A DNA stretch of 64,000 nt from Octopus bimaculoides (taxonomy: Eukaryota), in NCBI RefSeq assembly GCF_001194135.2, contig NC_069000.1, positions 29,814,547 to 29,878,546 of the forward strand, in the 5' to 3' direction. Both the position numbers and the translations under genes were made by a program. This document shows, in pieces, positions 46,794-60,619 of this stretch (its first letter is position 1; every line of letters starts with the position of its first letter). The notes below the pieces were generated by a model, which saw nothing but the letters and a program-made list of their open reading frames with translations, did no database searches and was not told the DNA's origin.

Positions 46794-49700
46794 CTGTTCC
46801 GGTTTCCTTCCTCCGTTTCTGAGAGACCATTATGGATCATCGACAGTTCATTCATGTTCGCTTGATGGCCCTTAAACACTCCAGCTGACATGGTGACAAC
46901 ACCTTGTAGGTGTGACTCATCCACAGAATGGTATTGAGATTCAGGAAGAGTTTGATCAGAACCGCTTAATGATAAATTAGTCAATGAGCTCTGGGAGTAG
47001 CGAGTGTAAGTTCGTGTATCAATGTCATTCTCCGAGTCAGTATGAATAACATCATCACAGCTATCAACCTGGGTGTGATTTTCAGATTCATTGCTGGTGG
47101 CGTAGTCGTCAGTGAGAAGGTTTGGGATGGATGACTGAAGTTGCAGCCAGGTGTTTGGACTGAGTTCTGATGAGTTGTTCAAACTTTCATTCTGTCTATC
47201 AGAACTGACTGTCTCCTCGTCTTGGTGACACAGTAAATGAGGTTGATCCATCGATGAACTGAATCCACTAACGATAGACGAACTGTCTTCATTAGTTTGA
47301 TCCTCAGCTATTGAACTATTTGGGTCATCAGTTTCAGTAGGGGTTGTGCCTTCATCTTCATCGAGGGTATCTAACAGCATGTCAGTCTGGGCAATACAGT
47401 GGTTCACTTTCTTTTCCAGATATTTTACAGTAAAACTGACAGGAAGATATTTCAGATTGACCATGTCCATTATGTCTAGTTGTTCCTCTTCCCATTTCTT
47501 GAATTTCTTCTCCAGAGCTTGTTTCTGACTTTGGTTCTCCTTCTGACGTTGAGACAAATGTTTTGGCTGACTTTTGGCAGAAGATTTCTCTTTTGAGATC
47601 ATCTTTGAATACTGTTGATTCAGTTTCATCACTGTATCAATATCATTGTTCTGGTTACAATCGACCATCGAACTACCATCGTTACTCTTTTCAGTACCAT
47701 AATACTCCACTCTGGCACCAACCTCATTTGCCACATCAGAAAATGATTTAGTCTCAAGGCCTTCACATGTGAATTGAGTGTTTGGGGATTTTGACTGTGA
47801 TGATTTATATGTAGGAAGGCTTAAACTTTTGTTAAATCTGTTTGGTTGTGGTCTGTCGGAAGGTGAAGTTAAATTAGAGAGTGTCCTATACTTTGGTCGG
47901 TCAGAAACAGAATTGGAACTGGAAGGTTGTTCCGTAGGGGAAGATTTCACAGATTTAGTTAACAGTTCAAGGTATTCGTCAGTAACACCGGACCGTCTTA
48001 AAGAAAGGCTGAGTTCCTCGTTATAATAATCTTCTATATTCTGATTGTCAGGATAATCAAAGGCATGTCTCGGATCATTATTGTAATCTAAAAGATTTGA
48101 AGAACCAAACTTATATCCTCTGGGTAGGGTGGCATATTGTTGGAATGGTGGTGGTTGTGGTTCCCAAGCTGTGTTTTCCTGGAAAAATGGTTGATTAGGG
48201 GAGTGACTCAGGCTACTGCGAGGAAGAGTATTGTGTCTATTTAATGGGAGCCTGACCCTGGACATGTCATTGGAAGCAATTGTCATTGACCGGAAGCGAT
48301 GTCTAGGTCCAGCACCTTGTTGGCTAGCTACATCATGGTTCATGTAATTGTTTCCATAGGAATGACCAGAGAAATCCTGACAGGGAACATGAGCTCCTGG
48401 GGAAGAGTTTCTAAAGTTTGAATGTGGCCAGTTGGGATTCACATGGATATCATGAACAGTGGAGTCAAGGTTATACTCTGAGTAATTGATTATATCTTGC
48501 CAAGGTCGCTTATTGGCTGAAGGAGTTGTGTATTTCATACTGTGATAAAACCTATCAAAGTTACCATTTGGTAAAGGAGATGACTGATTAAACTTGAACT
48601 GACGACTAAAATCAACATCATTCTTGTAAGGGGTCGAGTGAAAATGTTGAGCTGATCCAACAAGGTTAGGGTTCAAATCATTAGGAGACCTATGATGCTG
48701 ACGAGATGCATTTGGTTCACTGGGACTATTGGATTGATATCTGTAACTAGGGTAATGTTGAGCTGGAGCCTGGCAATCTTCCCTGTAGTTGGGATGTCCC
48801 TGAGGGTGGTAGGTGAATGAGTCACACATATCTCCTTTAAAGGCGTCCAGGGTTGAAGAATTCGAACCCAGAGTACTTGTGTCTTGCTTCAAAGGTAAAT
48901 ATAACCGTTTCTTCTGCTGGTGTAGTGAGGAATAAGAATTAGGGTTGGCATTCCTATTTATATGGAGTTCACTTGGCTGAGAATAATTACCGTTTGTGTA
49001 AGCCCTTTGCTCCTGGTTAACGATATTCTGCTGTGCTTGGGTCATGTTAGGAAAATATTCCCTGGAGTGGTTTTCTTTGTCAGAGATATAAGACTGTGGG
49101 TAGCCATTGTCTGGTGCACTTGGCACATTGGGCTTACACTCTGTTTGTGTTGAAGTGTTACATTTTAGATTATTATTAAATGATGTTGAACTGGTCTCAG
49201 AAGCTGGGCTTGGCAATGATGGATCAACAGTCAAATGCTTTGTTAAATTTTTTAAAAGATTGGTTGTTTCTAACATGAGAGCAGGCAATGAGTGTAATGT
49301 GCCAGACTCTGGAATTAAAAGAGGGATGTGGATTGGAAATGGCATGCGATTGGATGCTTGTGAGTCTTTCAAGATTTGGTCATGCGAAGGAATGGTGAAA
49401 TCAGAAGCCAAGCTGGGTTGGTTTTCAGTTTGTGTTGCACATTCATTCTGGCTTGTTTGGATTCCAACTGATATTAATTTTGGTTTATACTTCATTGATC
49501 TTTCATCTTCAATAGCTATTTCAGAGGAAAGACTTGGAGATACTGACCGATAACTGCTGGGAGATGTTGGGTAGTCTGCAGGTAAATCTGTAGTGGATGC
49601 TGACTTGGAGTGAGGAAGCACTGGAAATCGGTTACGCTTCCCTGAATGATGATATTGTGAAATATCATCTTCAAATACTGATTCATCATCATCATCGTCA

Positions 49701-51709
49701 TCATTTATAAAACTTGAATTGTGACCAACTCCCTTGATATTTTTAGACTTTACAACTGGTGCCTTCATATATCTAAAAGTAGTGTCAGCACTATCATCTG
49801 TTGAAGACCAACCACTATTTGGGGCATGATATTTATATCTTCGTTGCAAGTTTTGTTCTTTTGCATCAACAAATTTTATCCGGGAAGACTTCTGACCTGC
49901 CATCTTAGTTGGACGAGACAAAAACTTTCGTTGAAAGTTTCCAACTCTTACATCATCATCTGACTTGAAATATAAATATCCATCATTGTCATCATTAATT
50001 CCAATTAAATCTGGCTCATTTATCACATCAGAATGGTGCCAATTATCATTGCCATGGCGACCACTGAAACCAGAATGAAGTGATGATATATCAGAGGGCA
50101 AGTCTCGCTCCAATTTCTCAAATTCTTCTTGGGAGTTCACCATACTGCCACCAGTCTGATATTGCCCCATATACAGTGAAGCAGAAGTCGGAGATGATGA
50201 TGCACTGGATGAGTAAGAATCCTGCTTCATCTCTGTTAAAGTTGGATCAACAGTCTCAAATTCTGCAGCTGAGTCTTGGTGGGGGTTGCACGACTCAGCA
50301 GATTGGTTGGGAGTGTTTGCAAGAGTTTTACTTGGGTTTAGTCTCCCAGATTCTGGATATTTATTGATCATTTCATCATTACTATGATTCTTACAAGTTG
50401 GCTGCAAATCTGAGATGGGTACTTTGGACAGCCACACATTTAAGCCATCAACTGAAATACTTCGTCCAATACTATATGGTCTTACTTTCAGCAGGGATCC
50501 AACAAAGCTACTTGAAGATTTACACCAAGGGAATAAGTCTAATGGTTTTGATGGTGTCATTGGGTTATTATTGGCACACGATGTAAATTTATTCATTTCA
50601 GGTAGATCCAGATGAACTAGTCTATTAAAATTCCGATGGTTATGATGGTTATAATGATGATGAGGATGGTGACTACAGAGCCAACTGGGAATATTTGATG
50701 GCTGTGGGGAAAGAGTGCCAGAATCTACATCTGTAAGGTCTGAACTAATTGCAGAATCACTCATACATTTGGTCATATTCTTCAGCTTAGTCTCTCTCCT
50801 CAGACCATACAATCCTAAATTACAAGTGACCCACTCACCATTACTTGATCTTGAAGAGGGTGACCCAACCACTGAAGAATTACAAGTCAAATGGCTGTGA
50901 TCAGTAGGAGTCTTCTGGTGCGAGTCATCAATTGTATTGGTAGAATCTTTCACTTTACCATTTAATACAACAGTTTCCTGCAAGTCAGTGCCTGTTTGCA
51001 AACACTGCTGACAGCCATCATGTAACATGCTTCTACTGTCTGATGCAAGTGTTCCCTTACTTTTTAGAAGACATGTTTCTTTAGAATGGTCGTGACTTGC
51101 TTTAATGCAAGAATTGGAATCAGATATTAGAGATTCCTTTCTGTCTATGCTGTAACTTGGATTGTCTTCCAACTCTGTTTTTCCAACATCAAGTGAATGA
51201 AGTAGTGAATCTTTGGCCAACTTTGAAGAACTCTTTGAGTTAGTCTCTGATCTTGGAATGTTTGAGTTTGAGGAAGAATGATTAAAAGCTGCTCCTGAGG
51301 ATTTTTCTTTGGCCAGACCAGCAGTGTCAGCACAGAATGATTCTGTAGTGATCAAAGAATCAATTTGATCTAAACCTTTGGTGGCAGGTAAAGTTTTACG
51401 GATTTTGGATATTTTGTAGTCAGTCGACTCAACATTGTAAAACACATTGGTCTCTTCTTCACTGACTTTCACAATGTATGTGAGAGGACAAGCTTTGCCA
51501 GCATGGTCATCACTGAACTCTGTCACTAACTCAGTTCTGGCAGAACAATGTGATAGTTTGGTTGTTTTATTTGGCAGAGACACATTGGAACCAGGATCTT
51601 GATCCAAGTAACTGCTTCTTTCCTCATGGCTGTGAGTGGAAATGATGGGTTTGGAATTTCTAACAAGTGACGAGTCATTTGACTCTTGAAGAGGATGGGT
51701 CATTGATGG

Positions 51710-51740
<31 letters not shown>

Positions 51741-53295
51741 AGACTTTGGCCAATCGGCTTTTTTTGACATTTTGTATTGGGTACAGGTTTACATTTTGCT
51801 TCAACATTTTTGTTCTCGGGTGCTATTCTGACTGGAAGACAACTACCTACCTGGTTCTCACCTAGATTACCTTCCAGATGACAACTATTGGATGCAAGAC
51901 AAGATTCTTCAGGAGTGACTAAAGATTGGTCACTTGGTGCATTGACTAATCTGGAATTTAGAGCAACTTTACTAGGTAAGTTTTCATTTTTGGTCCTTAA
52001 TCTCATCTCAGAGCAGTCTCGTCCATGTAATGGTTCAGCCTTCTTTGTAGCAATTAAGTCAAAATCTGTTTGTTCACTCTTTCCAGAAACCATAGATTCT
52101 TTTGATCCTGTCAAATTCTTATCAAAATCTTTTTTAACATTTCCAGTTCTTTCAGAAGAAATAATGTGTGGTATATTTGATGACTTAGTTTGGCTCTGTT
52201 GACTTTTGCCAGATCTAGAGAGATCTACATTTCCAGTGTTTGGTAGAGGACTTTGGCTTTTAACACTGTCTACTTTTGAAGACTGTCTCTTTTTCATTTC
52301 ACTGAGAACAAACTCAGAAAGTCTGTTAGACATGCAACCATTTTCAAAGACTTCTTCTGGCTGGTTCTGAGCTTTGCCTTCTGGCCTCACAGATTTCTTA
52401 TCAGAAATTTTACAAAAAACTGTTTTATTTCCAAGTTTTATTTCAACAGTTTCTTCTGAGTCACTTTTTGGAACATTTTCAAGACAATCCTGATTGTCTA
52501 CAACATTTTGACAACAGCCTGATTTTACATTACTTGGTTGTTTTGCTCCCTTGAGTTCAGAGCTGATGGAATTTTGTGCAAAATTGGCTGGGTTAGGGCA
52601 AGAACCTTCCGCCACTGGATTAATTAAGTGGTGAGAAGGTAGTTCAGGAGAATCCTTTAAACCTAATGATATGTTTTGCCCATGAATATCATCCAACTGA
52701 AAGAGGGTTTCTTGAGCGTTTCTACCTGAAGGAGATCTAGCTTCAGGTTTATCTGGAGATGAAGCCATTTCCATTTCAACTACTGGACATGTTTCTTCAA
52801 CTGACTGACCACAATATTGACCACTCACTGGCTTTAGGCTATCCACCTTAATATCAGGCTTAATAGTCACTTTATTTATACTACCTGGTTTTAAGTTGTC
52901 CATTTCAATGGCATCTTGCTTGGTGGGCAGTTTGCTTGTACAAACTTTGCGTATATCACCCAACTGAAGAATCTTCTTTGGAATCTGAGATATAAGGTTT
53001 GATGACTGAGCTGGAGAATGATGGCACTCAACTGAACCTTGAGCTGTTGAATGAGCCAGAGTATGAAGGCATTCAGTTGAGTTTTGATTTGATGGTTGAT
53101 CTGAGCAGCACTGACCACCAAGTGTAGCTTGAGTATTTGAACCAGAACCGTTCACAGAATTCTTACCGCCAACTCTCCCACCACCAGGACTAACTTTACT
53201 GTTACGAGCATCAGATGTCAACTTTGGGGAAACACTTTCAGATTTATTCATGGATGAAGGCTCAGCCAAAACTTTGGTGCCCACCTTGAAGATAA
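46794..53295 (-). CDS. Uncharacterised protein, 6,502-bp giant internal coding exon (Ser/Asn/Pro-rich, probably disordered)
   Basis: Single stop-free frame of about 2,167 codons. Acceptor ttttgtgtgtatag|TT (phase 1), donor CAG|gtaagt (phase 2). No repeat insertions and no domain I recognise. Confidence 0.92.
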
Positions 53296-53527
53296 CTATA
53301 CACACAAAATAAAGAAAAAGAAAGGAAAGAAACCCAGTTAAAACACTGTTCAAAACAATTAGTCTTTCTTTGAGAAAAAGAAATTATTTCTACATTGACA
53401 TTTTTTACATGAGTACTAATAAGATAACTATAAGAAGTTACCTTGTTGGTCACTTGATCTGCTAGAAATAGTAGCCTAAGACACCTCAATATATTAAAAA
53501 AAAAACATACTGGTCAATGTAGCCTTA

Positions 53528-53571
<44 letters not shown>

Positions 53572-54077
53572 ACGTGTTAATGTGAGATATATATATGTGT
53601 GTGTTTGAGAGACATGGTACACTGGCACTATCAGTTATGACAGTGAGGGTTCTGGTTGATCTAATCAACCAAACAGCCAGCTTGTTAAATTAACGTGCAA
53701 GTGGTTGAGTACTCCACAAACACATGTACCCTGAATGTAGTTCTCAGGGAAAATCAGTGTGACACCAAATATGACAAGGCTGTCCCTTTGAAATACAAGT
53801 ACTTCTCATTTTTATCAGCTGAGTGGAGCAATATGAAATAAAGCATATTCCTCAAGGGCACAATTTGCTGCTGATAATCAAACTCATGCTGCTCTTATGA
53901 TTCTAAGTGAAATCTCCCAACCACTAAACTGCACACCCGCACATGTCACCTTAGTGTTATTATGAAACATTGTGTATATGAAAGTAAGATACAGATAGCC
54001 AATCAGTATAAAGTAAAAACAATGGACTAACCCTCCTCACCCAAACAAGATACCAACAACACATTGTGTTCACTGAC

Positions 54078-54151
54078 CTTGGGTAGATTCCTCTTTGACG
54101 TACTGCATAGGCTGGGTTTGACCGCTCCTTACATCAGCAAAATCTTTGTCA
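54078..54151 (-). CDS. Uncharacterised protein, 74-nt linker exon; not in the ORF track
   Basis: aaatcttttag|T...CAAG|gtcagt, phase 2-1, exactly bridging the phases of the flanking exons. Reads (C)DKDFADVRSGQTQPMQYVKEESTQ. Confidence 0.85.
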
Positions 54152-56145
54152 CTAAAAGATTTGAATAAAAATAGCAAAAAAAAAGTTTTCTTTATTTAAT
54201 ATTTTATTTAGAATCCACAATGAAGGGGTTAAGGTACTGGTCAATTGACCTCATGGTCACACATTTGGTCTTTGTGGCACAATTCTAAATTTGCTCTGTG
54301 TGAGCAAAATAAACAGTGTTTAGCCGAGGAACTCTAATAGTACTGGGAACATTCTGAGCTGTCTCCTGTAATTGCTATAATTATTAAAATAATAGGCACA
54401 GGTGTAGTTGTGTGGTGAGAAGTTCACCTCCTAATCACAGAGTTCTTAGTTCAGTCCCAATGCATGGCACCTTGGGCAAGTGTCTTTTACTATAGCCTTG
54501 GGCCAACCAAAGCCTTGTGAATGGATTTCGTAAATGGAAACTGAAAGAAGCCAGTCATACATGTGTGTGTGTCCTGCCACCGCTTGGCAACTGGTGTTGG
54601 TGTGTTTACATCCCTGTAGCTTTGTCGTTCAGCAAAAGAGACTAATAGAATAAGTACTAGGCTTTACAAAAGAAAAAAAGTACTGCAGTCAATTTATTTG
54701 ACTATAATTCTTCAAGGCAGTACCCCAGCATGGCCACAGTCCAATGACAAGCAAATAAAAGATTAAAGATAATAGCTTCATTGAGTTTCTGTTGTTTTTT
54801 CTTATTAAATTTTTTAATTGGAAAATAAAAATTTTATTATTATTCTAAGTAATAATGTTAAAAATCTAGCCAATAATAGATTTGGTATTTTCTGCAAGTC
54901 ATGTTGCCTCAATAAACTTGACATATTTCGAAAAAAAAATTTTTTACAAACATGACATTCCTCAACAAAAGACAGACTGCTATATAAAACTGCTTTCCGC
55001 AGTAAAAGAGTTAAATGTTAACATTAACATAACTAGAGTTTTTATCTGGACAGTAATTAATTTCAGTGATTATTTTAAAAGCTCTAACTCCTCTACATCA
55101 TAATAGAGTTGTTAATTATACTGTGTAACACGGATTTTGTCCTTGGGTGGCAACTGTTATTTCCTATTTGCTTACCCCTAGAAACTATAAAAAATGGCTA
55201 ATATTTTCTTTGAACTTTGCTTTTCTTACATTTATTCAAACCCCAAAGAATCCTTCTCAATACATGGCTATGATGTCCCCCCACCTCAATACTCCTGCTC
55301 AGAGGTGCCCATATTGTCAGCTACAAAGGGACATGCTCAAGTGGTTATGGTCAAGCCATTGACAAACAAATCTGTGGTATTCAGCAGGATATTTGCTATT
55401 ACAATATTACTGCTGCAGTAACTCAACTCTGAATCTGTTTGAAATGTACAGGAAAATAAGTTAGGCTCAAAACATTGATGTCCAGGTCACAGAAGTAAAG
55501 TTTAAAGGGAATAGTAGTCTTTTACTTTGATTTCTAGATAGAAGCAAATAGGAAATAACACTTATTAACCAAAGACAGAAAAAAGAAAAAAAAAAGAAAA
55601 AACATTTTGCTACACAGTGTTATAGAAACAAGTCCAACAAAAAGTGTCTGTGTTTGACAGTTCAGGAGTAATTTGACCAATTAATGAAGTTCATGCACAA
55701 CCTTCATTGGATTTAATGAATTTATGATGATTAGTATGGAACAAGTGGTAAGATGAATGAGACTGGCATACTAGTGTAAATTATCTAAGGTTGTTCTTGC
55801 TTTACTCCAGGTCAGTCCCAATTGAATAGATACATTCTAATTGTGATCACCCAGTTTTATTCTTAATACATGTAGGACTACATTATGCCATGTATTCTTT
55901 TTAAAGATTTTAAATCATTTGATGGAAATTTGGCTGCTATTTTTTCCAGTTGCAATTTTTCCAGCTGAAGTTGACTGAAGTAAGTAAAGTGGTTTGTCTT
56001 GTTTAAGATTTTACAACTAAGTCTTGTCAGTGTTGTTGACGAGCCAGAACTCAATTACAATGTTTTTTTAGAAAAAAATATGAAAATATATGCCTAAAAT
56101 AAAACAAAACAGAAACATAAATTTATAAATATGTCACAAACTCAC

Positions 56146-57013
56146 CATTTCTGAACAGAGTTGGGATGTGATACCTGAGGGCCTGCATGAGAGGTAGAAT
56201 CTGCAGTCTTTGTGGTCTGAGTGACAGGATTTACCTCATCAATAGTCTTATCCAAAGAATCATCAGAATAATCACTGAGATGGTCCTCTGCAATATTTTT
56301 CTCGGATTCATTGAGCTGAATATTTTCTGGCAACACTTTACCATTTCTTGAAGGTGAGGAAACAGCCTGAGTTTGATTTTGTGGCTTATTGATAGCTCTG
56401 GCAGTAGATTTGTCTTTATTTAACTGACTACTTTCAGACTTTTTACACTTGAGGTTGGATGTCACTGACTTAGACTGTGGGGCTTTTGAACAGCTGCTGC
56501 CGTTATGATGGCCAACAGGTTTAGACATTAATTCCTCTTCAGTTAACTTCTGACCCTTGGGCAAAGATGTCTCGTTAGTCTGCCTCAAGCAGTCACGTTT
56601 ATTCACAGAGTCTTGCAGCAACGATGCAAGGTGTACATCATAATGAACCGATTCATCTGTGTTGGCACCATGCATTAATGTCAGCTTGTCCTTGCTGACT
56701 CTCTTCAAATGTCCAACCTCTTCAATCAGTTGTTCCAGCTTTTCCCTCTGTTTCTTCAGAATGTTGACACGTTCAAGTTGTGATGACACTTCCTGACTCT
56801 TCAACATCATTGCTTTGTTGTGTTCTTCTTTTAGGAGCCTCATCTTCTGCTCATACTCAGTGACTTCAGCTTCAGATGCACGCCAAGCCTTCTGCAATTC
56901 TTGCAGCTGAGGGTTTACATCTATTGCAGCTTTCAATGCTTCCTCTCGACATTTGGGAGATTCACTATCCTTGCCTGGTGACCCTTTCTCATCTATTGAA
57001 GTGGATTTGGCCT
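56146..57013 (-). CDS. Uncharacterised protein, coiled-coil plus Ser/Lys-rich exon
   Basis: ttcttgttacag|AG...ATG|gtgagt, 868 nt open, phase 1-2. Contains LQELQKAWRASEAEVTEYEQKMRLLKEEHNK...REKLEQLIEEV. Confidence 0.88.
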
Positions 57014-57684
57014 CTGTAACAAGAAAACAATTAGGTTAACAGTTTGTTTGCATCTCATCATTTATACTTAGAATATCTATACAAATGTAGATAAATGCCT
57101 TTAGGTAAGCATACATAAAGCCATGGTAGAGCCTCTAGAAGGTCACTAAACTTGCTAGAAAAAAGACCTGAATTTCTTTGAAATCACACCCCACTAACTT
57201 CAAGAGTAAGATGATAGACATGCCTGAGAGAAGGACTAAATCAATGGTTCTCATCCATTTTTTGTTTCTGGATCCCTTGATTCCTATTTTACTCCAATAG
57301 TCATCTGATGTTTAAAAAAGTCCCATTATATTTTTATAATCAAAATATTAGGAAATGCATAAAAAAAAACTGTTGAAATATTTTGTCTATTGTAGAAGTA
57401 TAACCAATTTAGTGCATGTAAATTTTAACAGCAAAATCTGATGTGGACCATGGCTGAGAACCACTGGACTAGATGGTCATGGCTAGAATGCCTTTGACTG
57501 CATATCCGCTCAGGAGTTAAACATAACAAACACACATTTTAAATACATACCTACAGAGGTATTTATATCAACATATACATACAAACACACACTAAACACA
57601 AGCCTATAGAAGTATCAGTATACACATACAAAAACATGTCTATAGAAATCTCTGTAGCCACTCTACATTAATAATAATAATCTA

Positions 57685-58840
57685 ATAATCCTTTCACTAC
57701 TAAAGGAACAAGGCCTGAAATTTTGCGGGAGGGGTAAATTGATTACATCGACCTCCTTGCACAACCCTGAAAGGAATGAAAGCAAAGTCAATCTAAGCAG
57801 CATCTGAGCTCAAAATGTAAAGACAGACAAAATGCTGCCAAGTATTTTGTCTGTCTTTACATTCTGGCATAGTAACGATTCTGCCAGCTCTCTGCCTAAT
57901 TACATACTACAAAGTATTTTGTCCTTTACTAACTAATAATAATCCTTTCTACAATAGGCACAAGGTCTGAAATTAGGTGGGAGGTAACTAGTTGATTACG
58001 TCAACCCCAGTATTTCACTGGTACTTAATTTATCGACCCCTAAAGGATGAAAGGCAAAGTTGACCTCAGCAGAATTTGAACTCAAAATGTAGCAATGAGC
58101 AAAATGCCAGTAAGCATTTTGCCTGGTGTGTTACTGATTCTGCCAGCTTGCTACCTTGAATAATAATGGTTTCAAATTTTATCTCAAGGTCAGCAGGTTT
58201 GAAGAAGGGGCTAAGTCAATTAAATCGACCCCAGTGTTCAATGGTATTTATTTTATCAACCCCAAAAAGATGAAAGGCAAAGTTGACCCTGGCAGAATTT
58301 GAACTTAGAATGTATAGACAAATGAAATGCTTAGCAGCATTTTGCCTGGCATGTTAACGAGTCTGCCGGCTCGCCGCCTTCAATAATAATAAGATTAAAG
58401 GTTTCAAATTTTGCCACATGGACATCAATTTTGGTGGAGGGGATAAGTCAATTACATCGACCCCAGTGTTTCACTGGTACTTAATTTATTGACCATGAAA
58501 GGATGAGAGGCAAAGTGAACCTTGGTGGAATTTGAATATAGTGATGGGTGAAATACAGCTAAGTATTTTGTTGGGTGTGCTAATGATTCTGCCAGCTTAC
58601 CGCCCTTAATAATAATAATAATCATCCTTTCTACTAAAGGCACAAGGCCTGAAATTTTGGTGGAGGGGACTAGTTGATTACATTGAACCCAGTGTTTCAC
58701 TGGTACTTAATTTATCGACTCTAAAAGGATGAAAAGCAAAGTCGACTTTGGTGGAATTTGAACTCAGAACATGAAGGCAGGCGAAATGTTGCTAAGTATT
58801 TTGCACGGTGTGCTAACACTTCTGCCAACTTGTCACCTTA
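57685..58840 (-). repeat. Five head-to-tail tRNA-derived SINE copies (family A) separated by TAA runs
   Basis: Units at about 57688, 57938, 58166, 58399 and 58622, each with the GGCAAAGT.GACC...GAATTTGAACTCAG core and ending ...GCCAGC....CCT. Confidence 0.9.
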
Positions 58841-59079
58841 ATAAGGCTTACATACAAAAACATTAAATGACATATAACACAAAAGACAAAAACAAGACGA
58901 TACAAGTAAATAATTATAAATAACAATAAAAAATTAAATTAAAACTCCCAATAGGGGAAGCGCTTTAGGGTCCTCATGGAAAAACCCATGAAAGCCACAG
59001 ATGCCTGATCAACAGAGCAAGAGCCCTTCTCTTTTAATTCTCTTTTTATAGGTGCACGGGAGAGGCAGGCAATTTTTTT

Positions 59080-59124
<45 letters not shown>

Positions 59125-59138
59125 CCGTCAGAACTCAC

Positions 59139-59359
59139 GTGTATCAGTTCCCTTATCTTGTTTAGTCTTCATCTTGGACAACTCTTTAGTAACATGCATG
59201 TGCATCTGGTTGCAGTTGGCAACCAAATCATTCAGAATCTGCATCAGGTCCTCTTGCTTGCCCTTTTGCAGCATCTGTATCTGTTGCATTTGTTGTACTG
59301 CCTTGTTGTAGGTGTTCACAGCTTTCTCAAGCTTATCCTTCACACGTTGCAACTGGACC
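59139..59359 (-). CDS. Uncharacterised protein, coiled-coil exon
   Basis: cttgtatttcag|G...CAC|gtgagt, phase 2-1. Reads VQLQRVKDKLEKAVNTYNKAVQQMQQIQMLQKGKQEDLMQILNDL..., heptad-like. Confidence 0.85.
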
Positions 59360-60619
59360 CTGAAATACAAGAGGAGGATCAGTGAGTGTGATTAATAAAA
59401 CATGTGAGGGGCAACAATGAAGTGGCGGATAGAGGGATAGCAAGACAGGTTGGTGAAACAGTGTAAAAGAGGAAGGGTGATTAATCAGGGAGACTGGTGC
59501 AGCTGTAAAGGTGTTGGAGGAGTCAGTTTGGGGCAGTAATAATAACTAACTGTATTGCTATACTTCGCACATCCAACTGTATAACTAAACCTATGGCACA
59601 GAAGAATTCTGAATGATGAGATACTTAATTTTATTGTACAGCAGACACCTTCAGTAAGTGTCCAAGAGTTTTCTATCATAACTTCAGATCAACTTCAGCT
59701 TTGTTGAGAACATTGAGGTAGATGGAGATTGTGCAGAAGCTTACATGGACTGTACCTGTTCTTGGGTGGTAAACATAACACTGCTATCAGGACTTTCAGT
59801 GCATTTAGTGAAGTCCATATTTTTTGGTATTGTTTTACAGGCTAGATGCCCTTCTTATCACCAACCACAACATGGACTGAGTGTGTTTTCTTGTGCCACC
59901 AGCCTTAGGGGAATTGTCAGTCAGGACTAAACTGTCCTCTACACTCAGTTATTGTTCAGAATTGCGACTCTCTTAGACGGACTGTCTTCATTGTGACTTA
60001 CAGAGTTGATGCCTACTCAGGGAAGACTTTCAATCCCAGCCTTCAATAATGTTAGGGTTGGGTTAGATGAGAAAGATTGGAGTATGAGATGATAGGATAG
60101 TGAAGGACAACAGATGAGATGAGGAAGTGATATCAAAATAAGAAAGGAAAGAAATGATGCATTGGAGAGGGGGACAAGAGATGTTTTGGAGAGATAGAGG
60201 GAAGCCAAGTAAGAAGAATATGTAGGAAGGAAAAAGAGGATGAAGGACATAGAGAGACATCTAGAAAGTGTTAAAAGAGAAAGAAAATATCTTTGGGAAG
60301 TCAGAAACAAATGGAGGTAGACAGAAGAGAGAAAAATAGCCATGCAAAGTTATGCCATCTGAGCATAGGAGCATTATGAAGTTGCCATACAAATTAGCAA
60401 CCAAGAAAGCAAATCCATAAACACCTTATGGAAAATGAAACTGGGGTAGGGGTGCCATGGTAGGGATTGGTCTAGTCAGAATCTATCTGTTTGTCTGTCA
60501 TCCTGTCAGCATTTTCTCTTTCAAACAAGAACAATACAAGAATGAGATAAACTAGGTGTAAGTGGAATCAATTGTAGTGTGCATAACTGTATTGGTATGA
60601 ACATGTGATGACCTTGCTA

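Noticed and set aside
46790-53353. ORF-track 2187-aa single-exon gene with its own start and stop
   Set aside because: The N-terminal MNSVLTGFLSFLFLYF is translated polypyrimidine tract, and the TAA lies inside the AG|GTAAGT donor. Phase-compatible exons exist on both sides.
60017-60343. Hydrophobic Leu/Ser/Phe-rich ORF (also 38876-39169)
   Set aside because: Translation of a purine/pyrimidine-skewed low-complexity tract with no splice or homology support.
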